Shown here one piece after another: positions 20,220 to 27,506 of a DNA stretch of 64,000 nt; the first letter of the stretch is position 1, and every line of letters starts with the position of its first letter. The stretch lies in assembly GCA_965214635.1 (NCBI GenBank), contig OZ243964.1:1299696-1363695 (forward strand), given 5' to 3'. This DNA comes from Dehalococcoidia bacterium. Its GTDB lineage: Bacteria; Chloroflexota; Dehalococcoidia; Lucifugimonadales; JADFKI01. The notes beneath the pieces are model-generated. The model saw nothing but the letters and a program-made list of their open reading frames with translations, was not told the origin of the DNA and did no database searches. A program made the translations under genes and the position numbers.

Positions 20220-21455
20220 TTACACAACACCTTGTTGTTGCAGCGCCGCAATATCAGCGGTGTGTATGCCGAGCAGTTCGCCGTACACCTCGGCGTTGTG
20301 CTGCCCGAGTCGCGGCGCAGGCGTAGCGTCAGCGGCGCTTGGTGTTTCTGACAGGCGGAATGGCGCGCCGGTGTATGTGAGGCTACCGGCGTCGGGGTGC
20401 TGAATGTCGATGAAGTAGTTACGCTCTTGGAACTGCTCATTGTGCAGCGATTCGCTCACATCCAAGATGGGGGCGCACGGCAGCCCCTCGCGCTGTCCCG
20501 CTGCGAATATCTCGGCGCGGGTGTGGTCGTCGAACCACGCTTGGAATATGCCCTCAAGCTCCAAGCGGCGTGTGGTGCGATCGTCGGAGGTGCGAAAGCG
20601 TGGGTCGTCTATGAGGTCGGGGCGGTCTATCATGCGGGCGAGCTGGGGCCACATCCGCGAACCGAGCGGCAAGAAGCTGACGAAGCCGTCCTTGCATCGG
20701 AAGCTGCCCACGGCGTAAGGCTCGCGCATGCCTGCGGCTGCAAGGCGTGGCGGCTGGCGCAGGTCGGGTTCGTTGCCGTACACATATGGCGCGCGCCGCC
20801 CAATCTGATGCGGATGACCTGCCATGCACTCTTGCATAGATATGTCAATCCACTCGCCTTCGCCGCACATCGTCGCGCCAAACAGGGCGGTCATCGTGGC
20901 GGCGGCGGCGGTCGTGCCACTGAAGTACTGCGCCACATCAGCGCCGTAGCGCAGGGGTTCGCGCTCCGGCAGCCCCTCGCGGTGCATCCCGCCGCCTGTG
21001 GCGAACAGGGTCAGCTCCGTGAACTCATAGTCCTTGTGCGGGCCGGACTGTCCGAACGGGGTAACCGATGTCATCACGAGCGAGGGACGATGCGGGCGCA
21101 GGTCGTGATAGCCGATATTCCAAGCCGCCATTTGGCCGGGCTTGAAGCTCTCTAACAGCACATCGCATTTGCGCGCAAGCTCAGCGAACATACGCTGCCC
21201 CTGCTTCGTGGACAGATTGAGCGTGATGCCCTTCTTTGACCTGTTGAGATGCAGGAAGAGGGCGCTCTTTTCAGGATGGGGCGCATCGCTGGGGAACGCC
21301 CCCACGCTGCGCGTCGAATCCCCGCCGGAGGGATGCTCAACCTTGATGACATCAGCGCCGTAATCGGCGAGCATCTTGCCGCAGTACGGGCCGGCGATGC
21401 CACTTGTGGTGTCTAGGACGCGAATGCCGTCAAGCGCAAAGTATGTCACAGGCAA
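20220..21455 (-). CDS. family III CoA-transferase (CaiB/BaiF)
   Basis: 411 aa. IRVLDTTSGIAGPYCGKMLADYGADVIKVEHPSGGD. Confidence 0.85.
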   Translation of the reverse strand: MPVTYFALDGIRVLDTTSGIAGPYCGKMLADYGADVIKVEHPSGGDSTRSVGAFPSDAPHPEKSALFLHLNRSKKGITLNLSTKQGQRMFAELARKCDVLLESFKPGQMAAWNIGYHDLRPHRPSLVMTSVTPFGQSGPHKDYEFTELTLFATGGGMHREGLPEREPLRYGADVAQYFSGTTAAAATMTALFGATMCGEGEWIDISMQECMAGHPHQIGRRAPYVYGNEPDLRQPPRLAAAGMREPYAVGSFRCKDGFVSFLPLGSRMWPQLARMIDRPDLIDDPRFRTSDDRTTRRLELEGIFQAWFDDHTRAEIFAAGQREGLPCAPILDVSESLHNEQFQERNYFIDIQHPDAGSLTYTGAPFRLSETPSAADATPAPRLGQHNAEVYGELLGIHTADIAALQQQGVV

Positions 21456-21768
21456 GCCCTCATATCGCTGCCGATTTCCGGCGCACAGGATAAGCGCAAT
21501 TGTCTATGGACGGCGCATCGATGTCAACGGGGAGAGTGGTTGATAGCCGTCAGTTACCAGTGTTCGGCGGTCAGTATGGTGGCTGGGGCTGTCGGAGAGG
21601 CTTGCAAGTTGACCGACTATGCGGCTGGGGGCGCTCATCCGGAATTGCGCTAGTGTGCTAAAATGCCGAGAATTCGTTGTGATGACACGACTACGAACGC
21701 CGATAACGGTATAACGCCGATTGGCGGACTGAAATTGAAACACAGACAGCTACACTCAGGAGCTTGCA

Positions 21769-22866
21769 ATGAAAATCACCGATGCGACGATGGAGATATA
21801 CCGCTGGGATAGGCCCGTGCCGATTCGCAACGGGCGATACACTTATCCCACGGTGGCGCTGAACCTCATCAGGCTGGAGACGGACGAGGGTATCACGGGC
21901 TACGGGTATATGGGCGGGGAGCATGTGTCCGATGAGCTTAACATGGGCGTGTTCGGCAACATGAAGCAGTTCGTCATCGGGCAAGATCCGTTCGACAACG
22001 AACGCCTGTGGGAAGAGATGTGGCAGCCCAAGCTCGTGGGACGGCGCGGCTTGTCCACCCGTGCGATTAGCGGCATAGACATCGCCCTGTGGGACATCAA
22101 GGGCAAGGCGGCGGGCGTGTCCGTCCACAAGCTGCTCGGCGCTTTCACCGACAAGATACCCGTGTACATCGCCGGCGGCTATTACGAAGAGGGCAAGGGG
22201 CTGCGTGAGCTTGCGGCTGAGATGGAGACCGCTGTGGAGATGGGGTCGCGCGCTGTGAAGATGAAGATAGGCGGTGCGCCCATCAACGAGGATGTGGAGC
22301 GCATCCGCGCGGTTCGCGATGCCATAGGCTCGGATGTGAAGCTGCTGATGGACGCCAATTGCGCTTACCGCTACTATGAAGCCATTGAGCTTGCGCGCAA
22401 GGCGGAGCGCTACGATGTCTACTGGTTCGAAGAGCCGGTGAACCCCGACGACTACGAAGGGCATCGCCTCATCAGCCGTGCCACCAGCATCCCCATAGCC
22501 ACGGGCGAAAACGAGTACACGCGCTACGGCTTTCGCGACCTAATAAACAACCGCTGCGCCGCCATCATCCAGCCTGATGCGCTCATCATGGGCGGCGTAA
22601 CGGAGTTCGTGAAGGTTGCGGCGATGGCGTCCGCCCACGACCTGCCCATAGCGCCGCACGGCAAGCAAGAGGTGCACATCCACCTTGCGGCGGCAATCCC
22701 CAATGGTCTGATATTGGAGTACTACGCCGCCGCATTCGACCCGATGTACGGCAAAGTATTCGACGAGCCGCTAGAGGTGTCGGGTGGGTATGTGCATGCG
22801 CCCGCCCGTCCCGGCTTCGGTTTCACGCCGAACTTTGCAGCGCTTGCGCCGCACCGGGTTGCGTAG
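21769..22866 (+). CDS. enolase-superfamily enzyme, mandelate racemase/muconate lactonizing family
   Basis: 365 aa, RBS AGGAG. KxK motif (AVKMKIGG) and metal-ligand blocks LMDANCAY, WFEEP, ATGENEY. Confidence 0.85.
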   Translation: MKITDATMEIYRWDRPVPIRNGRYTYPTVALNLIRLETDEGITGYGYMGGEHVSDELNMGVFGNMKQFVIGQDPFDNERLWEEMWQPKLVGRRGLSTRAISGIDIALWDIKGKAAGVSVHKLLGAFTDKIPVYIAGGYYEEGKGLRELAAEMETAVEMGSRAVKMKIGGAPINEDVERIRAVRDAIGSDVKLLMDANCAYRYYEAIELARKAERYDVYWFEEPVNPDDYEGHRLISRATSIPIATGENEYTRYGFRDLINNRCAAIIQPDALIMGGVTEFVKVAAMASAHDLPIAPHGKQEVHIHLAAAIPNGLILEYYAAAFDPMYGKVFDEPLEVSGGYVHAPARPGFGFTPNFAALAPHRVA

Positions 22867-22873
22867 CTTCGCA

Positions 22874-22927
22874 GGAATGGCGCTGCCGCCTATTGAGAAC
22901 AGCGCCATTCCCGCAAAAATCGGGAAT
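22874..22927. terminator. two overlapping strong hairpins between convergent genes (terminator-like, no U-tract)
   Basis: GGAATGGCGCTG (22874-22885) pairs with CAGCGCCATTCC (22900-22911): 12-bp perfect stem, 14-nt loop. Overlapping it, ATTCCCG (22907-22913) pairs with CGGGAAT (22921-22927). Lies between the enolase-superfamily stop (22866) and the rplY stop (22964). Confidence 0.4.
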
Positions 22928-22963
22928 ACGGGGTTTGAGGACAGGGGCGAATCCGAGCCGACG

Positions 22964-23602
22964 CTACTCTTCGGTCGGCTCCTCCGCATCCTCTGCCCCT
23001 TCCTCGAGATCTTCGTCCAATTCTTCTTCGAAGTCCTCTAGATCCACGCGCGGCGGGATGACTCGGGCGATGAGTTCTTCACTGTCTGTGAGAACGGTTA
23101 CATTCGCGCCCACGCTGATGTCTCTGACGATGACGGACTTCTCAAAGTCGTCCAAGTCGGACACATCGGTCTCGATGGCGGCGGGGATGTTCATCGGCAG
23201 GGCTTCCACGAGCAGCGTAGTAAGCGATTGGAGCAGCGTTCCGCCCTGCTGTGTTGCGGGCGCCATGCCCACCAGCGTTATTGGCACTTCGGCGCTGATG
23301 GTCTGGGACACATCCACGCGGATGAAGTCTATGTGCAGCACATCTTCGCTTACGGGATGGCGCTGCACCTCGCGCACGAAGCAGATGTTCTCATCGTCGC
23401 TGCCGTCTATGTTCACCTGCAGCGGGATGTTCGTTCCCACACGCAGCAGGATCTGCCGCAGTGTGCCGGCATCGCCTTGCAGGCTCTGAGATGCTATCCC
23501 GCTGCCATACATATGCGCAGGCACGATGCCCATACGCCGAAGCTGCTTGACCTTCTTGCCTGTTACACTGCGCTGCGACAGGCTAACGCTGACCACATCC
23601 AT
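22964..23602 (-). CDS. rplY: 50S ribosomal protein L25 (Ctc form) with acidic C-terminal tail
   Basis: Track ORF 22964..23740, trimmed to ATG 23602 (MDVVSVSLSQRSVTGKKVKQLRRMGIVPAHMYG). The C-terminus DLEDFEEELDEDLEEGAEDAEEPTEE is strongly acidic. Confidence 0.85.
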   Translation of the reverse strand: MDVVSVSLSQRSVTGKKVKQLRRMGIVPAHMYGSGIASQSLQGDAGTLRQILLRVGTNIPLQVNIDGSDDENICFVREVQRHPVSEDVLHIDFIRVDVSQTISAEVPITLVGMAPATQQGGTLLQSLTTLLVEALPMNIPAAIETDVSDLDDFEKSVIVRDISVGANVTVLTDSEELIARVIPPRVDLEDFEEELDEDLEEGAEDAEEPTEE

Positions 23603-23739
23603 CACTTTTGCCCTCTTAAATCCTGATATGCTTCTCGTAAGTATGCTCTGGGACGCCCCTGCGCCTCTAGTATCGCTAGCGTGTGTGCTCTGACGATTGC
23701 GGGTGCGGCGCAAACTGCAACGATGCCGCACAAGGCGCA

Positions 23740-23748
23740 ATTATAGCA
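23740..23748 (-). promoter_or_regulatory. candidate extended -10 promoter element (TGCTATAAT) for rplY
   Basis: The reverse complement of 23740-23748 reads TGCTATAAT (TGn + perfect TATAAT), about 140 nt upstream of ATG 23602. No good -35 element seen. Confidence 0.35.
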
Positions 23749-23767
23749 TAAACTTCATGTGAACTGG

Positions 23768-23797
23768 TTGAACTTCGTTTGGCGGCTGACTGATAAT
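23768..23797 (+). promoter_or_regulatory. candidate sigma-70-type promoter for the Type II R-M operon
   Basis: TTGAAC (23768-23773), an 18-nt spacer, then GATAAT (23792-23797), read directly. Divergent from the rplY element. Confidence 0.3.
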
Positions 23798-23901
23798 AGC
23801 GGCGATGCGAGATGCCACTATGCTGCATCATAGGTATGCGAGAACCACACGCATATGCGATTGACGCAGGGACACTAGATACACTAGGGGACACGAATGG
23901 A

Positions 23902-25062
23902 ATGGCGACGAATGTGCGGCACACAAGCGAATTTCAACTGCATCTGAACGGCAGTTCCGAAAAAGCGGAATCGTCGGATTACCTCTCGCGCCAGCTGATA
24001 ACATACATCGGTAACAAGCGTGCGCTGCTGGGGCATATTGGGTCGGTCGTAGAGCAGGTCAAGCGGCGGCTTGGAAAATCAAAGCTCAAGACACTTGACG
24101 CATTTAGCGGATCTGGCGTGGTGTCTAGATACTTCAAGGCGCACTCATCGCTGCTCATAAGCAACGACTTCGAGGGCTATACTGCGCTCATAGGCAGATG
24201 CTACCTGACCAATCGCAGCGAAGTGGACTTGTTCGAGTTATCCGAAGTTGTCGCCGAATTGAACCACCGGGCTGAAAGCGAACGCTTTGAGACGGGCTTT
24301 ATCGAAGAACTCTACTCGCCGAAAGACGAGGCAAATATACTGAAAACCGACCGTGTTTTCTACACTAAGGAAAACGCCCGTCTGATTGATAATTACAGGC
24401 GGCTGATTGACGAATATCCAGTGGAATACAAAGACCTCCTGCTAGGACCGCTTCTTAGCGAGGCGTCTGTGCATTCCAACACGGCGGGCGTGTTCAAGGG
24501 CTTTTACAAAAACCGCAAAACCGGCATCGGTCAGTATGGCGGCACTGGCAAGGATGCGTTGACCCGCATAAGGGGTCGGGTAAAACTCGAAATGCCCGAG
24601 TTAAGCATGTTCGAGTGCGAATATCGAGTAATGCAGCGCGACGCTAACGCGATGGCGGGTGTGGTAGAACCCGTGGATTTGGCGTACATCGACCCGCCGT
24701 ATAACCAACATCCCTACGGCTCTAACTACTTTATGCTTAATCTAATCGCCAACTACCACCGTCCAAGCGAAGTCAGTCCGGTATCTGGCATACCCAAAGA
24801 TTGGAAGCGTTCAGGCTACAATGTGCGTGCACGCTCGTTCCCGCTGCTGATGGACTTGCTGCGCCGCATAGATGCCCGATTCCTGTTGGTGTCGTTCAAC
24901 GATGAGGGTTTCATAGAGCATCGCGAGTTGGTATCAGCCTTGAACGAGCTTGGTTCCGTCGAGTCCTGCGCAATACGCTACAATACATTTCGTGGTTCAA
25001 GGAATCTGCGAAAACGGGACATACATGTTACCGAGCGTATGTTTTTGGTTGAAAGGAAGTGA
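23902..25062 (+). CDS. N6-adenine DNA methyltransferase, alpha-class (Dam/D12-like), Type II R-M
   Basis: Track ORF 23812..25062; in-frame ATGs at 23812, 23836 and 23902, true start uncertain. Dam-like N-terminal YIGNKRALL. Motif I LDAFSGSGVVS, then about 190 aa, then motif IV AYIDPPYNQHPY. This I-TRD-IV order indicates alpha class. The stop overlaps the endonuclease GTG (GTGA). Confidence 0.85.
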   Translation: MATNVRHTSEFQLHLNGSSEKAESSDYLSRQLITYIGNKRALLGHIGSVVEQVKRRLGKSKLKTLDAFSGSGVVSRYFKAHSSLLISNDFEGYTALIGRCYLTNRSEVDLFELSEVVAELNHRAESERFETGFIEELYSPKDEANILKTDRVFYTKENARLIDNYRRLIDEYPVEYKDLLLGPLLSEASVHSNTAGVFKGFYKNRKTGIGQYGGTGKDALTRIRGRVKLEMPELSMFECEYRVMQRDANAMAGVVEPVDLAYIDPPYNQHPYGSNYFMLNLIANYHRPSEVSPVSGIPKDWKRSGYNVRARSFPLLMDLLRRIDARFLLVSFNDEGFIEHRELVSALNELGSVESCAIRYNTFRGSRNLRKRDIHVTERMFLVERK

Positions 25063-25781
25063 GCGACTTGGCGGACCGGGATAGGTTGAGACATCAGCGG
25101 GCTGGCACGGTTATCAATGTAACCTCAAGGCGTCAGGAAACCGAGGTCATCAAGGCGCTGGGTCTGGTCGTCAATCACCTGAGCGACACATTCGGCAAGC
25201 GCATTGTGCTTTCGCATAGAACCCGTTGGCGGCTTGCGGACATAGTTGGCGAACTCCACATAACATACCCCGATATGGAGTTCCACCACCATTTGGACAA
25301 CACCTTCATTCTGCCTGATGGCGGCATTCTGTTTATAGAGAGCAAGAAAGCAAACGACTTCGTTTTCCCCATACTAATCTCGGAGGTGAAGCACCAAGGG
25401 ACGAATGACTTGCGACAGAGAGAAGGGCTGCCCCGTCAGTCGAGAGGTAACGCCATAGAGCGACTGGGCAAGAACCTCATCGGGCTTCGTGTCGCCCTGA
25501 TGCGAGAAAGCATATTCCCATTCGTGTGCTTTGGCTACGGCGTTGACTTCGAGGACGGCTCATCCATTCTGGACCGTGTTTCGACGATGGCGATGTTTGG
25601 GAAACTGAACAAGACATATCTGCATAACGAACACGATGGATTGTTCAATAGGGGCAGTTTCTACTTCCGCGAGGAGCGGTGGACGGTCGATGAGATGGCG
25701 GAAGTGATGAAAGACATTGCGGAGCGGTCTGTGCTGTATTACTTCTCTAAGTACCGTGAGGATTACTTTTTACCGCAGTAG
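25059..25781 (+). CDS. Type II restriction endonuclease, EcoRI/RsrI/MunI family
   Basis: 240 aa. LPDGGILFIE...ISEVKHQG...RGNAIERLGKN...FPFVCF aligns by eye with EcoRI KPDGGIVEVK...AEAKHQG...AGNAIERSHKN...FPYVLF (PD...E-x-K catalytic motif plus the recognition segment). Confidence 0.85.
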   Translation: MSDLADRDRLRHQRAGTVINVTSRRQETEVIKALGLVVNHLSDTFGKRIVLSHRTRWRLADIVGELHITYPDMEFHHHLDNTFILPDGGILFIESKKANDFVFPILISEVKHQGTNDLRQREGLPRQSRGNAIERLGKNLIGLRVALMRESIFPFVCFGYGVDFEDGSSILDRVSTMAMFGKLNKTYLHNEHDGLFNRGSFYFREERWTVDEMAEVMKDIAERSVLYYFSKYREDYFLPQ

Positions 25782-25816
25782 AAGACAGCAGTACATAAAA
25801 GGCAGGCGAGGATCTG

Positions 25817-27118
25817 ATGACCACGATTGAGGATGTGAGAGCAAGGGAAGTTTTGGACTCGCGGGGCAACCCCACGGTGGAGGTTGACGCTCGCTTGTCT
25901 GACGGCACAACCGGCAGGGCGATAGTGCCATCCGGCGCAAGCACGGGCAGCTTCGAGGCGTTGGAGCTGCGGGATGGCGACGCCAAGCGTTTTCGTGGGC
26001 GCGGCGTGCAAACGCCCATCGACAACATCGCCAAGCACATCAAGCCCGCAATCGTAGGCAAGTCCGCCCTCGACCAGCAGGCTTTGGATGAGCTGCTCAT
26101 AGAGATTGACGGCACGCCACTCAAGACGCGGCTAGGCGCTAACGCCATCCTCGGCGTGTCTATGGCGGTGGCGCGTGCGACAGCGCAGAGCGCAGGCAAG
26201 CCGCTTTACGCCCACATTAGCGGCGACACAGCGTTCACGCTGCCAGTGCCGTTGTTGAACATCATCAACGGCGGACGCCACGCCGAAAATTCCACCGACT
26301 TCCAAGAGTTCATGGTCGTCCCCGTTGGGTTCGATCGCTTCAAGTATGCGCTGCAAGCCGGCGTAGAGATATACCATGCCCTGTCCGATTCGCTGCGCGA
26401 CCGCGCGCTTGGCACTGCCGTGGGCGATGAGGGCGGGTTCGCCCCGCCGCTGCAGTCCAACCGCCAAGCGCTAGACCTCGTCATGGAAGCCATCGAGCGT
26501 GCCGGCTACCGACCCGGCGTGCAGGTGTTCATTGCGCTGGATGTTGCAGCGTCTGAACTGCGCCTCCGCAACAACCCCCGACGATACGGGCTGCGCCGCG
26601 AAGAGACGAACTACTCCGCCGGCAGCCTCATCGACATCTACAAGAGCTGGATACAAGACTACCCCATCATCAGTATCGAGGATGGCATTGCCGAAGACGA
26701 TTGGGAAAACTGGTGCCTGCTCATGGACTCTATCGGAGACCGTGTGCAGATTGTGGGCGACGACCTGTACACCACCAACACCGAGCGCATTCGCGAGGGC
26801 ATGCGGCTCAATGCTGCCAACGCTGTGCTCATCAAGCTCAACCAGATTGGCACGGTTACCGAAACGCTGAACGCCGTGCGGATGACGCAAGACGCCGATT
26901 GGGGCGTGGTCATCAGCCACCGCAGTGGCGAAACCGAGGACACCACCATCGCAGACCTCGCCGTGGGCACCAACGCCGGGCAGATAAAGGCGGGCGCTCC
27001 CGCACGCGGCGAACGCACCGCCAAGTACAACCGCCTCCTCCGCATCGAAGAGGAACTCGGCGACAACGCGCGTTACGCCGGCCGCAGCGTATATCAGCGG
27101 CTTTTGGGCAACAGGTGA
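25817..27118 (+). CDS. eno: enolase (phosphopyruvate hydratase)
   Basis: 433 aa. REVLDSRGNPTVEV, VISHRSGETEDTTIADLAV, KYNRLLRIEEELG. Starts 35 nt after the endonuclease stop, on the same strand. Confidence 0.97.
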   Translation: MTTIEDVRAREVLDSRGNPTVEVDARLSDGTTGRAIVPSGASTGSFEALELRDGDAKRFRGRGVQTPIDNIAKHIKPAIVGKSALDQQALDELLIEIDGTPLKTRLGANAILGVSMAVARATAQSAGKPLYAHISGDTAFTLPVPLLNIINGGRHAENSTDFQEFMVVPVGFDRFKYALQAGVEIYHALSDSLRDRALGTAVGDEGGFAPPLQSNRQALDLVMEAIERAGYRPGVQVFIALDVAASELRLRNNPRRYGLRREETNYSAGSLIDIYKSWIQDYPIISIEDGIAEDDWENWCLLMDSIGDRVQIVGDDLYTTNTERIREGMRLNAANAVLIKLNQIGTVTETLNAVRMTQDADWGVVISHRSGETEDTTIADLAVGTNAGQIKAGAPARGERTAKYNRLLRIEEELGDNARYAGRSVYQRLLGNR

Positions 27119-27182
27119 GCAGCCGGCGACACTCATCTCGCTCACTCATCGCGCATTCGTCGCTCATATCCTGCTTCCCGCC

Positions 27183-27208
27183 CTGAACCGCCCGCATACG
27201 CGGTTCAG
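27183..27208 (+). terminator. hairpin downstream of eno (possible terminator, no U-tract)
   Basis: CTGAACCGC (27183-27191) pairs with GCGGTTCAG (27200-27208): 9-bp perfect stem, 8-nt loop. Lies 65 nt after the eno stop. Confidence 0.3.
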
Positions 27209-27429
27209 CAGATTCATCACAGCGGCGCTCAACACGAACTGCCGCAGTCAGCGCAACCTCACCCGCCGAACGGGATAGCGACGCGGTAGGGACGCTCGCA
27301 GCCCGCACGCTGCCACAACTTTTGGGCGTATTCAGGCACGGCGCTCGGAGTCGTGTCCGCTGTCCACCCGGCGGCGCAAAGCCCAACGCCATCGACTTTG
27401 GGGCGTCTTTCGGAATTCCCGTTTACAAT

Positions 27430-27453
27430 GTTTGAGTCAGCGTTTGAGTCAGC
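27430..27453. repeat. perfect 12-bp tandem direct repeat (GTTTGAGTCAGC x2) upstream of res
   Basis: Read directly: GTTTGAGTCAGC at 27430-27441 and again at 27442-27453. Each unit contains GAGTC (a GANTC site). Lies 54-77 nt upstream of the res ATG at 27507. Confidence 0.9.
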
Positions 27454-27506
27454 ATCAAACAGAAATCAGGCAAACGCAAGCAATCCCCCAACCACTCGGA
27501 GTAACC

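Noticed and set aside
23812-25781. Tried to infer the Type II specificity from GAATTC avoidance.
   Set aside because: I saw GAATTC at about 21668, 27413, 37298 and 56983. That is within a factor of two of a rough composition-based expectation, so it is not informative at this scale. It needs a genome-wide k-mer statistic.
27422-27450. TTTACA as a -35 element for the res promoter.
   Set aside because: No acceptable -10 hexamer at 16-18 nt (TGAGTC/TTGAGT). The promoter call is not supported.
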